A DNA stretch of 64,000 nucleotides from Longimicrobiales bacterium (lineage in GTDB: Bacteria; Gemmatimonadota; Gemmatimonadetes; Longimicrobiales; Gaopeijiaceae): contig OY730414.1 of assembly GCA_963422615.1 (NCBI GenBank), forward strand, positions 1,596,302 to 1,660,301. Reading direction: 5' to 3'. This document shows positions 29,004 to 39,890 of this stretch, in pieces. The notes under the pieces were generated by a model. That model was not told the DNA's origin, ran no database searches, and saw only the letters and a list, made by a program, of their open reading frames with translations. The translations under genes were made by a program, and so were the position numbers. The number at the start of each line of letters is the position of its first letter. The stretch's first letter is position 1.

Positions 29004-31607
29004 ATGATGCGGGTCCGAGAGTTGGCCGTTGATCTCAAGGTCGGCCCCGATCTGCTACTCCGGTTTCTGCGGGAATCGGGTGTGCGAGTCGGCAATGCAA
29101 ACGCTCGCCTCGCAGATGCCGACGTGGCGCGGGTTCGTACCCGTCTGGAGCGGGAGCGAAGGGCCGGCCGGGGCCCGGCCCGGGAGGTCGTGCGGATCGC
29201 TGTCCAGAAAAGTGAGCCCGTCGGTCGCCGTCGCCGTCGCCGCGTTGCCCCCCCTTCCCGACCGGAGGTCAAGCCTGAGGAAGCCGCCGGGGAGGACGAG
29301 CTTGAAGTTCCGGCACACGCGGTGCCGTCCGGGGAATCCCCGCCTGAACCGGAGACCCCCGAAGCGATGTCGAAGAAGTCGGTTGTTTCCCCGGAGGCGG
29401 AAGCGATGGATCCGGCGGAGTTGGCCGAAAAAGAGGCCGAGGCCCGGATTCCCGTAGCCGAATCGGCGCCGGTGCAACCTTCCTCTACCGCCCCGATGCC
29501 GGTGGTTCGAACCGAGAAACCTGCCCCCATCCGGGAAGGGCTGGCTGGCAGAGTGCTGCCGGCTACGGGCAAGCCTCCCCCGGCGGGACCGGGCGGCAAG
29601 GTTCGCGTACAGGCAGAGGGCTACACCTCCGACGGTCGGCGGAAGCAGGCGAAGAAGAAAGGAAAAAGGCGCCGCGCCGGGGATCGTAGTGCCGCACGCG
29701 GGAACGTCCAGCGCGTCATGGCGGAGATCAAGGGTGGCGGCAAGAAGCGCCGGAAAGGGAAGAGTGTCCTGGCCGCGGCCAAGCAAGAGAAGGTCGCCGC
29801 CGATGAACGGGCGGAGGAGGCCCGCGCCGCGGAGGCCCAGGTCATCCGCGTAAACGAGTTTCTCACGGTTGCCGAGCTTGCCGATCTTGCGGCTGTGACC
29901 CCGACCGATATTGTCAGCTCGGCGTTCAAGAATCTGAACCTGATGGTGACCATCAACCAGAGGCTCGACTTTGATCAGATTGAGCTACTTCTGGATGAAT
30001 TCGGATTCACGGCGGAACTCGAAACCGACTACTTTTCCGACGAAGAGACGTGGGAAGAGGAAGATTCCGCGGACCTTCAGCCCCGGCCGCCGGTCGTTAC
30101 GGTGATGGGGCACGTAGACCACGGAAAGACCAGACTCCTGGATTGGATCCGCAACACGAATGTTGTGGCCGGTGAAGCGGGGGGGATCACCCAGCACATC
30201 GGCGCATATCACGTCGAAGTCGGCGATGGCCGCGCCATTTCGTTTCTGGACACCCCGGGCCACGCTGCCTTCACGGCCATGCGCGCACGAGGTGCCGACA
30301 TTACGGATCTGGTCGTGTTGGTTGTGGCTGCCGATGACGCGGTCATGCCCCAGACCCGGGAGGCGATCAGCCATGCGAAAAACGCCGGGGTCCCCATGGT
30401 GGTGGCGGTCAACAAGATCGACCTCCCGACCTCCGACGCCAAGAAAGTCAAGCAGGACCTTCTTCGGCACGACGTGACCGTTGAGGACTTCGGCGGAGAA
30501 ACGCTCGTGGCGGAAGTCTCGGCCAAAACCGGCGAAGGAATGGGTGACCTGCTGGAAAAGATCCTTCTTCAGGCCGAGCTTCTTGAGCTGACGGCCAATC
30601 CTTCCCGGGACGCCAGGGGGACCGTGGTGGAGGCCGGGCTGGAGGACGGAAGGGGGCCGGTTGCAACCATTCTCGTTCGCCAGGGAACGATAAAAGTCGG
30701 CGACAGCTTCGTCGCCGGTCTCTACGACGGCCGCGTTCGCGCCCTCTTTGACGAGCGAGGTCGGCAAGTGGGCTCCGCTAGCCCGGGGACTCCGGTTCAA
30801 ATCCTGGGTGCGAAAGACGTGCCTCAAGCCGGCGATTTCCTCCAGGTCATGGATGCCGACCGGGCCAAGGTGACCGCCACGAAGCGCCAGCGCTTGAACC
30901 GGGAGAAGGAGCTCAGAGTCAGAGGGCAGGGTGTGAAGTTGGGAGACTTTTCCCAGCTGCTTGCCGCAGGGAAGACCGATAGCCTGCGCATCATCATCAA
31001 GGGCGATGTGGACGGATCCGTTCAAGCCCTGTCCGACGCGTTGGAGCAGCTTTCCACTTCGGAGGTGCGCGTCCAAGTCATTCACCGAGGTGTGGGTGGG
31101 GTCAACGAATCCGACATCATGCTTGCCGTGGCCGCCAAGGCGTTGATCATCGGCTTCGGGGTTCGGCCGGATTCGGGTTCGCGCAAGGTGGCGGGGCGGG
31201 AGAACGTTGAAATCCGAATGTATGACGTCATCTATCAGGCCGTTGACGACATGCGGTCGGCTTTGGAAGGACTTCTCACCCCCGAAGAGAAGGAAATCGT
31301 TCTGGGGTCGGCCGAAGTCCGAGAGATCTTCAAGATCCGGGGGACCGGAACCATCGCGGGAAGTTACGTTACCGACGGGGTGATACAGCGAAGCGCCAGG
31401 GTCCGCCTGCTTCGAAGCGACACGGTGGCGTACGACGGGAAGATCTCTTCCCTGAAGCGCTTCAAGGACGACGTCCAAGAGGTCAAGGAAGGCTTCGAAT
31501 GCGGGATCGGCATCGCCAACTTCAACGACGTGAAGGTGGGCGACGTGATTGAGACCTATCACATTGAGGAAATTGTCCGGACCTTGACCGAAGCGGCCCA
31601 GACTTGA
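29004..31607 (+). CDS. infB: Translation initiation factor IF-2
   Basis: [54 protein letters not shown]. Confidence 0.97.
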   Translation: MMRVRELAVDLKVGPDLLLRFLRESGVRVGNANARLADADVARVRTRLERERRAGRGPAREVVRIAVQKSEPVGRRRRRRVAPPSRPEVKPEEAAGEDELEVPAHAVPSGESPPEPETPEAMSKKSVVSPEAEAMDPAELAEKEAEARIPVAESAPVQPSSTAPMPVVRTEKPAPIREGLAGRVLPATGKPPPAGPGGKVRVQAEGYTSDGRRKQAKKKGKRRRAGDRSAARGNVQRVMAEIKGGGKKRRKGKSVLAAAKQEKVAADERAEEARAAEAQVIRVNEFLTVAELADLAAVTPTDIVSSAFKNLNLMVTINQRLDFDQIELLLDEFGFTAELETDYFSDEETWEEEDSADLQPRPPVVTVMGHVDHGKTRLLDWIRNTNVVAGEAGGITQHIGAYHVEVGDGRAISFLDTPGHAAFTAMRARGADITDLVVLVVAADDAVMPQTREAISHAKNAGVPMVVAVNKIDLPTSDAKKVKQDLLRHDVTVEDFGGETLVAEVSAKTGEGMGDLLEKILLQAELLELTANPSRDARGTVVEAGLEDGRGPVATILVRQGTIKVGDSFVAGLYDGRVRALFDERGRQVGSASPGTPVQILGAKDVPQAGDFLQVMDADRAKVTATKRQRLNREKELRVRGQGVKLGDFSQLLAAGKTDSLRIIIKGDVDGSVQALSDALEQLSTSEVRVQVIHRGVGGVNESDIMLAVAAKALIIGFGVRPDSGSRKVAGRENVEIRMYDVIYQAVDDMRSALEGLLTPEEKEIVLGSAEVREIFKIRGTGTIAGSYVTDGVIQRSARVRLLRSDTVAYDGKISSLKRFKDDVQEVKEGFECGIGIANFNDVKVGDVIETYHIEEIVRTLTEAAQT

Positions 31608-31671
31608 GGAGAATCGGGCGGAGCGATGAGGCCGACGGGCAGTCCGGGAGTTCAACCGCACTTGACTTGCC

Positions 31672-31950
31672 TTGATCGTCACGGTGTCCACCTGGGAGCT
31701 CTCGGTCCCCGCCTCCGGTTCACTCAAGGAGAAACGGTCTGTTCTCCGGTCCGTAAAGGAGCGGCTCGGCAGGATGAACGTCTCTGTCGTGGAGTCGGGA
31801 CTTCAGGAGATTCGGAATCGGGCCCGGATCTCGGTGGCCTTTCTGGCTGCTCACAACGCCCAGGCCGATTCCATCCTCGCGTCCGTGGATCGGCGCATCG
31901 CCGAGACCCGGGGGGCACGAGTGATCCGGAGTTCCACTGAGCGGTTCTGA
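31672..31950 (+). CDS. DUF503 (YlxP) family protein
   Basis: SLKEKRSVL..NVSVVE motif; conserved position between infB and rbfA. Confidence 0.85.
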   Translation: MIVTVSTWELSVPASGSLKEKRSVLRSVKERLGRMNVSVVESGLQEIRNRARISVAFLAAHNAQADSILASVDRRIAETRGARVIRSSTERF

Positions 31951-32357
31951 TGCCCGGACGGCGACGTCTTCGTCTCGGGGAGCAACTCCGCCGGGAGCTT
32001 TCCGTCAAGATCGGGTCGCTGCGCGACCCGGACGTGGGGCCCGTTACCGTCATGGGGGTTGAGGTCACCGCGGACTTGTGGCTTGCCAGGGTATTCGTGG
32101 AGACACATGGCTCGGCGGCCGACCAGGCCCGCACCTTGGAAGCCCTGCGCCGTTCGGCTCCATTCTTGCGTTCTCGTCTGGCCCGGGAGCTCCGGATTCG
32201 GCGGATGCCCGAGTTGCGGTTCATGCGGGACAGTTCCGGAGAAACCGGTCGGCGGATTGAGGCCATTCTTCGGGAAGTCTTGCCCGAAGACACTTCGCAA
32301 GACCCCGCTTCCGATGTCTCGGGGCCGGCGACTCCGAAGGCCGGAGACGATTCTTGA
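31950..32357 (+). CDS. rbfA: Ribosome-binding factor A
   Basis: LRDP..VTVMGVEVTADL..ARVFV; IRRMPELRFMRD. Confidence 0.93.
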   Translation: MPGRRRLRLGEQLRRELSVKIGSLRDPDVGPVTVMGVEVTADLWLARVFVETHGSAADQARTLEALRRSAPFLRSRLARELRIRRMPELRFMRDSSGETGRRIEAILREVLPEDTSQDPASDVSGPATPKAGDDS

Positions 32358-33241
32358 GGGAAGCCATCGCAGGCGGGTCGGTCTTGCTCGTGGACAAACC
32401 GGCCGGTCCCACCTCCCACGATGTGGTGGCCGCCGCCAGGCGGGCCTTCGGAGTTCGCAAGGTAGGCCACGCGGGCACCCTGGACCCCTTTGCGACGGGC
32501 CTCCTGGTCCTCGGATTGGGTCGGGGAACGCGCCTTCTCGAGTACTTGGTCGGCCTGGATAAGGTGTACGACGTCACAGTTCGTCTGGGCGTCGCAACCG
32601 ATTCCCAAGATCTATCGGGAGTCCGGGTCTCCGAAGACGACCGATGGACGGAAGTCAGCCCGGACCGCATCCGGTCCACCGCCGCCGGGTTGGTGGGGAC
32701 CCTGTTCCTGCGACCCCCGGTGTACTCTGCGGTCAAAGTGGCCGGAGTTCCGGCCTATCGCAGGACGAGGCGCGGGGAGCGGGTAGAGCTCGAGCCCCGA
32801 AGAATGATCGTCCGTTCTCTGAAGGTCTTGGAAGTCGCTCCGCCGGACATACGCTTTCGGGTTTCGTGCGCCAGCGGCACCTACATCCGGAGCCTCGCCG
32901 TCGAACTTGGGGAGCGGTTGGGTACCGCCTGCCAAGTCGGGGACCTCCGCCGTACCCGGGTGGGGATTTTCCGGGTGGAAGACGCCGCGTCCTTTGCCTC
33001 GGTTCGTCGGGCTACTCCGCCGGCGGGCGCCTGGGTGGACCCCGTTTTCGCGCTTTCTCACCTGCCCAGGCGGCGCGTGAGACCGGCCGAAGCCGGGATG
33101 CTGGCGGCTGGGAGAGCCATTCCGGCTGACGGCTCCGACTCGGGCCCGGTGGCTTGTGTCCTGTCGGACAGGGAGCTGGTTGCCGTCGGGGCGGTTCGGG
33201 ACGGGAACCTGGAACCAAAGAAGGTCTTCTGGCGTGGCTGA
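32354..33241 (+). CDS. truB: tRNA pseudouridine(55) synthase
   Basis: DKPAGPTSHDVV, KVGHAGTLDPFATG, PPVYSAVK, GTYIRSLA. Confidence 0.96.
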   Translation: MREAIAGGSVLLVDKPAGPTSHDVVAAARRAFGVRKVGHAGTLDPFATGLLVLGLGRGTRLLEYLVGLDKVYDVTVRLGVATDSQDLSGVRVSEDDRWTEVSPDRIRSTAAGLVGTLFLRPPVYSAVKVAGVPAYRRTRRGERVELEPRRMIVRSLKVLEVAPPDIRFRVSCASGTYIRSLAVELGERLGTACQVGDLRRTRVGIFRVEDAASFASVRRATPPAGAWVDPVFALSHLPRRRVRPAEAGMLAAGRAIPADGSDSGPVACVLSDRELVAVGAVRDGNLEPKKVFWRG

Positions 33242-34196
33242 GGTCCTGAAGGAGGTCTTCGGGCTCCCCCGAGAGGACCGACCCCTCATCGTCACAGTCG
33301 GAACGTTTGACGGGGTCCACCTGGGACATTGGCGGGTTCTCCGGAAGATCAGCGCCCGAGCGGCGGCGCGGGGCGGAAGGAGCGTCCTGGTTACCTTCCA
33401 CCCTCACCCGCTGCGGGTGGTCCGTCCTTCCCACGCCCCCAGCCTCCTCACGACGCCGGAGGAAAAAAAGGAAATATTGGCGTGGAGTGGCCTGGACTAT
33501 GTCGTTTTCCTGGCCTTCACTCCAGAGTTGAGGAGGTATCCTCCTCGTCGGTTCGTGAAAGAAGTCCTTCTCTCCGGCCTCGGAATGACCGAACTGGTCA
33601 TCGGCCACGACCACGGCTTCGGGCGGGGCCGATCCGGCAACGTAGCGACCCTTCGGACCATCGCAGCGGAATGCGGCTTCGCGCTGGACGTAGTTCAGGC
33701 CGTTTGCATCGGGGACGCCGCTGTCTCGTCTTCCTTCATCCGTCGGGCACTCGTAGCGGGAAGGATCGAGGATGCGAACCAGGCTCTGGGCCGTCCCTAC
33801 TCTATGGAGGGAACCGTCGTCCGGGGGGACGGCCGCGGCCGGAAAATCGGCTTCCCCACGGCCAACGTACGGGTATCGGGAGAGAACAAGCTAATCCCCG
33901 GGGCCGCCATCTATGCTTGCTACGCAACCGTGGCCCGGAAACGGTTCATGGGTGCGCTTCACATCGGTCCCCGCCCCACGTTTCCGGGGGCCGGCGCCAG
34001 CTTGGAGGTTTTTCTGCTGGACTTCGACGGAACCCTGTATGGAAAGGATATCCGGCTGGAGCCCGTCAAGCGGCTGCGTTCCGTCGCCGCCTTCGATTCG
34101 GCGGGGGATCTGGTCGAGCAGATGCACGCGGATGTGCGGAGGACCCGGGCGGTGCTGGGGTCCCGAGGCGAGCATTTTCGCATGCCGACCGTGTGA
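33234..34196 (+). CDS. ribF: Bifunctional riboflavin kinase/FAD synthetase
   Basis: GTFDGVHLGH, TFHPHP, GHDHGFG, VSSSFIR, GRKIGFPTAN; GTG start 33234. Confidence 0.95.
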   Translation: MAEVLKEVFGLPREDRPLIVTVGTFDGVHLGHWRVLRKISARAAARGGRSVLVTFHPHPLRVVRPSHAPSLLTTPEEKKEILAWSGLDYVVFLAFTPELRRYPPRRFVKEVLLSGLGMTELVIGHDHGFGRGRSGNVATLRTIAAECGFALDVVQAVCIGDAAVSSSFIRRALVAGRIEDANQALGRPYSMEGTVVRGDGRGRKIGFPTANVRVSGENKLIPGAAIYACYATVARKRFMGALHIGPRPTFPGAGASLEVFLLDFDGTLYGKDIRLEPVKRLRSVAAFDSAGDLVEQMHADVRRTRAVLGSRGEHFRMPTV

Positions 34197-34250
34197 ACAC
34201 CCCGGAATGCCAGCCGCGTGAATGCCCTTTCGGGGGAGCCGCCCACTTAT

Positions 34251-34417
34251 GGCCGGCGAGAATCCCAGGTCCTCCAATTCCGTTGCCGGGCTTGGGGGAG
34301 CCGATGGGCCTTGTTTCCAGGAGGAACTTCGGCGAAACTAATGGTCTTGAGTTGCATTGAGGCCTTGTCGTCTGCGGAAGCTTCCAAGCCCGGCGGCGAT
34401 TTTGATCTGGAGCTGCC
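34251..34417 (+). ncRNA. Candidate rod-shaped structured RNA (family unassigned)
   Basis: Nested stems 34265-71/34404-10, 34281-98/34381-98 (11 bp perfect core plus G-U), 34302-12/34359-70. Confidence 0.45.
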
Positions 34418-34445
34418 TCAAGGACGGCGACGAGAAAGGCCGGTA

Positions 34446-34483
34446 GGCTCGGGTGTCGTTGACCCGGCCAGCATCTTCCGCTG
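34446..34483 (+). promoter_or_regulatory. Candidate rpsO (S15) leader structure
   Basis: GGC(T)CGGGT/ACCCGGCC and CAGC/GCTG hairpins directly before the rpsO SD. Confidence 0.35.
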
Positions 34484-34500
34484 AGGAACATGGAATTCGG

Positions 34501-34761
34501 ATGGGTATCGAAAAAGCAGAGATTATTGAGAAGTACCAACCTCGGGAGAACGGAAGCGGGAGCGTACCCGTTCAGATCGCCCTCCTCACCGCCAGGATCG
34601 ATCACCTCCGCGGGCACTTCAATGCCCACAAGCACGACCATCACAGCCGCCGCGGCCTCTTGAAGATGGTAGGGCGCAGGCGGCGCCTTCTCGAGTACCT
34701 CAAGCGCACTGACTTGGAAAGGTACCGGGATCTGATTCAAGACCTAGGGCTGCGCCATTGA
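34501..34761 (+). CDS. rpsO: 30S ribosomal protein S15
   Basis: [38 protein letters not shown]. Confidence 0.97.
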   Translation: MGIEKAEIIEKYQPRENGSGSVPVQIALLTARIDHLRGHFNAHKHDHHSRRGLLKMVGRRRRLLEYLKRTDLERYRDLIQDLGLRH

Positions 34762-34796
34762 CCCACGAGAACGGAGGCGCCCCCAAGTCTTCGCGA

Positions 34797-34857
34797 CTCT
34801 TTCGCAATGGCCGCTGTCCCTCCTCGCCGCCGGTTTCTGGCGGCCATTCCGGAAGAG
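34797..34857 (+). promoter_or_regulatory. pnp leader long hairpin
   Basis: CTCTTTCG-C-AATGGCCGCTG pairs with TGGCGGCCATT-C-CGGAAGAG (~19 bp, one mismatch), covering the purine-rich SD region. Confidence 0.55.
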
Positions 34858-34863
34858 AAATGA

Positions 34864-36999
34864 ATGATCACTAGAATTGAACGCCAGTTTGCCGGCAGGC
34901 CCCTCGTATTGGAAGTGGGCCGAATGGCCCGCCTGGCACACGGTTCCTGTCTGGTCCAGTACGGCGAGACCGTCGTTCTGGTAACGGCGACGGTCCAGGA
35001 CAAGCCGACCCATCTGCCGTTCTTCCCACTGACCGTGGAATACCGGGAAAAGTCCTACGCCGCAGGGAAGATCCCGGGGGGATTCTTCAAAAGAGAAGGA
35101 GCTCCCCAGGAAAAGGAAGTGCTGTCGGCAAGGCTGACGGACCGATCCCTCCGTCCACTCTTCCCCAGTGGCTTTTTCTACGAAACCCAGGTTCACGCTT
35201 CGATCCTGAGCGCGGACCAAGAAAATGACGCCGATGTGCTGGTCCTGATCGGGGCCTCCGTGGCATTGAACAGCTCCTGCATCCCCTTCCGCACCCCGGT
35301 TGCCTCGGTTCGCATCGGCCGGATCCAGGGGAACTGGGTGATCAACCCGACGTTCCGGCAGCTTGAATACGCCGATGTGGACATCGTGGTTGCCGGCTCG
35401 GAAAAAGCCATTGTCATGGTGGAAGGCGGGGCCATCCAGGTTCCCGAAAGTGACATTCTCCAGGGTCTTCGAACCGCCCATGAGGCCATTCGGGAGTTGA
35501 TCGAGATTCAGGGGGAGCTGATCGGGCCCCATCAGGTCCCGGAGATGGTGTGGGAGTCCCGGGAGACGGATGCCGGACTCCGCCAGCGTGTGGAGGGCCT
35601 GGTGGAAGACCGGGTGTCGGAAGCGGTGCGGATTCCCGACAAGCAGGAGCGATCGGGGGTTCTTTCCGCGATTGCGAACGATGTGGTGCAACGGTTGGTC
35701 CGGGAGCGGGGTGAGGAGGGGGACGAGGGCGGAGACGGCGATGTTCGGGAAGTGATTCGGTCTCTGGAGAAGAAGTTCGTCCGCTCCAGGATTCTGGACG
35801 AAGGAGTCCGAGCCGATGGACGGGGCGTTGACGATATCCGCCCGATCGACTGCGAGGTCGGTGTGCTTCCCAGAACTCACGGCTCCGCGCTCTTCACCCG
35901 GGGCCAGACCCAGTCCCTGGGGGTTGTGACCCTGGGAACCACCAGGGACGAGCAGCGGATCGATTCCATCGACAGCCCGGAGCAGGTCACCAAGTCATTC
36001 ATGCTCCACTACAACTTCCCGCCATTTTCCGTAGGGGAGGCGAGGCCGATCCGCTCCACGTCCCGCAGAGAGAAGGGCCACGGAGCCCTGGCGGAACGGG
36101 CGATTCAGCCGCTGTTGCCCAGCGTCGAAGACTTTCCCTACACGATCCGGATCGTCTCCGATATTCTGGAATCGAACGGATCGTCTTCGATGGCTTCCGT
36201 ATGCTCGGCGTCGCTCGCCCTCATGGACGCCGGTGTCCCCGTCGGGGCGGCCTGCGCGGGGGTGGCCATGGGTTTGGTAGTCGAAGGGGGGCGGGTCGCC
36301 GTCTTGACCGACATTCTCGGCCTCGAGGACGCCCTGGGCGACATGGATTTCAAAGTGGCGGGCACCCGCCGGGGTGTGACGTCCATCCAGATGGACATCA
36401 AGATTGACGGACTGACGACCGAGGTGTTGCAGGAAGCTCTCGAACGAGCCCGGAAGGGCCGCACCCACATCTTGGACCGGATGGACGCCGTCTTGGCGAC
36501 TTCCCGCACTGACCTCTCCGCCCACGCTCCCCGGATCGTGTCCATCCGGATTAACCCGGAGAAGATCGGCGAAATTATCGGGCCGAAGGGCAAGACGATC
36601 CGGGCGATCCAAGACGAGTCCGGCGCGACCATTGAGGTCGATGACGACGGCGTCGTGAAGATCGCTGCGGTCTCCGCCGAAGCCGGGACGAGGGCCCGGG
36701 AGATGGTCGAAGCCATTGTCCAGGAACCGGAAGTGGGCAGGATCTACGAGGGACCGGTGAAGAACACCACCACTTTCGGTGCCTTTGTCGAGATCATGCC
36801 CGGGGTCGAAGGCCTCTGCCACATCTCGGAGCTCGCGGACCGCCGGGTCGGGAAGACCGAAGACGTGGTCAAGCGGGGAGACCTGGTTCGGGTGAAGCTC
36901 CTTTCCATCGACGAGAAGGGGCGCATGCGTCTTTCCAAGCGGGCGGCCGTTGCCGAAGAGAGCGCGAGCGACGCAAAGAAGGTCGGCAGCCGAGGGTAG
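34864..36999 (+). CDS. pnp: Polyribonucleotide nucleotidyltransferase
   Basis: [55 protein letters not shown] and S1 domains. Confidence 0.98.
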   Translation: MITRIERQFAGRPLVLEVGRMARLAHGSCLVQYGETVVLVTATVQDKPTHLPFFPLTVEYREKSYAAGKIPGGFFKREGAPQEKEVLSARLTDRSLRPLFPSGFFYETQVHASILSADQENDADVLVLIGASVALNSSCIPFRTPVASVRIGRIQGNWVINPTFRQLEYADVDIVVAGSEKAIVMVEGGAIQVPESDILQGLRTAHEAIRELIEIQGELIGPHQVPEMVWESRETDAGLRQRVEGLVEDRVSEAVRIPDKQERSGVLSAIANDVVQRLVRERGEEGDEGGDGDVREVIRSLEKKFVRSRILDEGVRADGRGVDDIRPIDCEVGVLPRTHGSALFTRGQTQSLGVVTLGTTRDEQRIDSIDSPEQVTKSFMLHYNFPPFSVGEARPIRSTSRREKGHGALAERAIQPLLPSVEDFPYTIRIVSDILESNGSSSMASVCSASLALMDAGVPVGAACAGVAMGLVVEGGRVAVLTDILGLEDALGDMDFKVAGTRRGVTSIQMDIKIDGLTTEVLQEALERARKGRTHILDRMDAVLATSRTDLSAHAPRIVSIRINPEKIGEIIGPKGKTIRAIQDESGATIEVDDDGVVKIAAVSAEAGTRAREMVEAIVQEPEVGRIYEGPVKNTTTFGAFVEIMPGVEGLCHISELADRRVGKTEDVVKRGDLVRVKLLSIDEKGRMRLSKRAAVAEESASDAKKVGSRG

Positions 37000-37029
37000 G
37001 GACGCCGCCCCAAGAGGGGAATCGCGGGA

Positions 37030-38330
37030 ATGGTATCTTTCGGTGCCGGAGAAGGCCTCCGGTCGACTCGTCTAGACAACGGCGTGCACGTTCTCACCGA
37101 TGCCATGCGGGGCGTACGCTCGGTGGCGGCAGGGGTCTGGGTGCGCGGGGGGGCTGCGGGGGAGCCGCCGCAGCTCATGGGGGCCAGTCACCTTCTGGAG
37201 CACGTGGTCTTCAAGGGGTCGGTGGGGCGCTCCGCTCGGCAGATCGCCCTGGCCCTGGAGGGTCTGGGCGGGTCTCTGAACGGCTACACCGCCCGCGAAC
37301 ACACGGGCTATCGGGCGCGCCTTCCCGGCGCCCACCTCTCCCGGGCTGTGGAAGTCCTTTCGGACTTGGTGCTGAACCCCCTTCTGCGTCAGGAGGACCT
37401 TGACCAGGAAAAAAGCGTCGTTCTTGAGGAGATCGCTGCGCTTGAAGATGCACCCGAAGACTTGGTGTTCGAGGTTCACGACCAACGGATGTGGGGAGAA
37501 CATCCGTACGGGAGCCCTGTGCTGGGGACTCCCGGCACCCTTGCCGCCATCTCCCGCCGCGACCTCCTCCGCCTCCACCGTCGGAGCTACGTAGGCGCGA
37601 ACCTGGTCGTTGCTGCGGCCGGGCATGTGGATCACAAGGCGTTCGTCGACTGGGTCAGGGAGGGGTTTGGGGACGCCCCAACCGGGGAAGAGGCGTCTGG
37701 CGTCCCCCTCCCGACACAGCCGGAGCCGGGGATGGATCGGGTGGTCCGGGATTCAGGCCAGGTCCACATTGTGACCGGCTGGCCCACGCCGGGCCACGCC
37801 CACCCCGACCGGTATGCCCTGGTTCTCCTCTATCAGATCCTTGGAGGCGGAATGAGCTCCAGGTTGTTCCAGCGGGTTCGGGAAGAGCTGGCCCTCGTCT
37901 ACTCCGTCTATTCTTTTCACTCCACCTATTCCAAAGCCGGGGTCTTCGGCGTCTACGCCGGTACCCGACCAGGCGGGGTGACGGCCACCCTGGACGCGGT
38001 CAGGGAGGTGTACCGCCAACTTCGCGGGGCAGGCCCCCGGAAGAGGAGCTCGCCAGCGCCAAAGAACAGGTCAAGGGCCAAATCATGCTTTCCTTCGAGT
38101 CCCCCGGCGTCCGCCTCGAACGACTGGCCGACTCCGCCCTTCGCGGAGAGCGCCCCCTTTCCTTTGACCAACTGGTGGAGCGGATCGACGAGGTATCGGT
38201 GGCGCAGATCACCCGGGTCGCAGGCACCGTTCTCGGACCAGAATGTGGATACACCCTTTGCCTTGGCCCCGTGGGGTCGGGCCAGGGGTCGCGAACCCCC
38301 GGACCCCGGACCGAAACCGGAAGAAAGTAA
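37030..38330 (+). pseudogene. M16 (pitrilysin) family peptidase, frameshifted at ~38034-38038 (real or sequencing error)
   Basis: HLLEH zinc motif, LNGYT, LGGGMSSRLFQRVREE; family C-terminus (EEELASAKEQVKGQIMLSFES) lies in another frame ending at 38330. Confidence 0.85.
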
Positions 38331-38333
38331 GCC

Positions 38334-39890
38334 ATGCTTGTAGGCGTGCCCGCAGAGATCAAGAGCAACGAGTATCGGGTTGCCCTTACCCCGGCAGGAG
38401 TGGAAGCGCTGGTCCTTTCGGGACAGGAGGTGTTGATCCAGGCCGGAGCCGGTAAGGACAGCGGCTTTACCGACGACTACTATCGCCGGGCCGGGGCAGA
38501 GATCGTCGGAACCGCGGAGGAGGTTTGGGCGCGGGCGCGACTGATTTTGAAAGTGAAGGAACCCATCGCTTCCGAATGGCTTCGGATCCGGAAGGATCAG
38601 GTCCTCTTCACGTACTTCCACTTCGCCGCTTCCGAGTCTCTGACGCGCGCGGTAATCGACAGCGGGGCCGTGGCCATCGCATACGAGACGGTGGAGGAGA
38701 ACGGCGAACTTCCTCTTCTGACCCCCATGAGTGAAGTCGCCGGCAGGATGGCCGTTCAGGAAGGGGCAAAGTATCTGGAGCGTCCGTCGGGGGGGTCGGG
38801 GATTCTTCTGGGGGGCGTCCCCGGGGTTCTGCCCGCAAAGGTGCTCGTTCTTGGAGGTGGGGTTGTGGGCACCCATGCCGCGAAGATGGCCGCCGGCTTG
38901 GGAGCTCGGGTGTCGGTAATGGACATTTCGCTTTCTCGCCTGCGCCATCTAGCCGACATCATGCCTGCCAACGTAAACCTTCTCTACTCCACCCGTTACG
39001 CCGTGCGGAAGCAGCTGGGCAGTGCGGACTTGGTGATCGGTGCCGTACTCGTACCGGGGAAGAAAGCGCCCTGCTTGGTGAGGCGAGAAGACCTGGACTT
39101 GATGCGGCCAGGATCGGTCATCGTGGATGTGGCCGTCGACCAGGGAGGGTGCGTGGAGACGATTCGGCCCACTACCCACGACGACCCCGTTTACGAGATC
39201 GCCGGCGTGGTCCACTACGGCGTCGCCAACATGCCCGGAGCGGTGCCCCGCACGTCCACGCTGGCCCTTACGAACGCGACGCTCCCCTATGTCCTCCAAA
39301 TCGCCCGGAGCGGCTGGCTGGGCGCGTGCAAGGCGAACGCCGGGTTGGCTGCGGGCGTCAACATTGTCCACGGCAAGGTGGTTCATTCGGGGGTTGCCGA
39401 TACCTTCGGGATGCCGACGACGTGGTGCACCGGAACCCCGGCTCCGGCAGGCCGGGGGAAGGTCCGGTTCAAGCGCCTGCCGAACAACGGGAATCTCCCC
39501 CTTCCGACTCGGGAAACCGAAGGGGCGTCCGGCTACGACATCCGAAGCTGCGAGGCCTTCCGGATCCCTCCGGGGAAAATTCGGACGGCGCCTACCGGGC
39601 TGGCCATGGAGTTGCCTCCCGGGGTCGAGTGCCAAGTTCGTCCTCGCTCCGGACTGGCGGCACTGGGGATCACCCTGCCCAATAGTCCGGGAACCATCGA
39701 TTCCGATTACCGGGGGGAACTCAAGATTCTTCTGCAGAACCTGGGTTCGGATACGGTTGAGGTCCGCAGGGGAGACCGGATCGCCCAGCTCGTCTTTACC
39801 CGGTGCCTCGTCCCCCAAGTTGAAGAAGCCGGAACCCTTTCCGAAACCCGGCGGGGTGCCGACGGTTTCGGCAGCACAAGCGTCGCATAG
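38334..39890 (+). CDS. ald-dut: Alanine dehydrogenase-dUTP diphosphatase fusion protein
   Basis: aa 1-~360 Ald (EIK..EYRVALTP, KVKEP, LLTPMSEVAGR, DVAVDQGG, ANMPGAVPRTST); aa ~377-518 dUTPase motifs 1-5 (SGYDI, RSGLA, GTIDSDYRGE, DRIAQL, RGADGFGST). Confidence 0.9.
   Translation: MLVGVPAEIKSNEYRVALTPAGVEALVLSGQEVLIQAGAGKDSGFTDDYYRRAGAEIVGTAEEVWARARLILKVKEPIASEWLRIRKDQVLFTYFHFAASESLTRAVIDSGAVAIAYETVEENGELPLLTPMSEVAGRMAVQEGAKYLERPSGGSGILLGGVPGVLPAKVLVLGGGVVGTHAAKMAAGLGARVSVMDISLSRLRHLADIMPANVNLLYSTRYAVRKQLGSADLVIGAVLVPGKKAPCLVRREDLDLMRPGSVIVDVAVDQGGCVETIRPTTHDDPVYEIAGVVHYGVANMPGAVPRTSTLALTNATLPYVLQIARSGWLGACKANAGLAAGVNIVHGKVVHSGVADTFGMPTTWCTGTPAPAGRGKVRFKRLPNNGNLPLPTRETEGASGYDIRSCEAFRIPPGKIRTAPTGLAMELPPGVECQVRPRSGLAALGITLPNSPGTIDSDYRGELKILLQNLGSDTVEVRRGDRIAQLVFTRCLVPQVEEAGTLSETRRGADGFGSTSVA

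Noticed and set aside
34313..34357. SRP (4.5S) RNA identity for the rod-like RNA
   Set aside because: Could not find the conserved SRP domain IV motif (CAGG..GNRA..AGCA).
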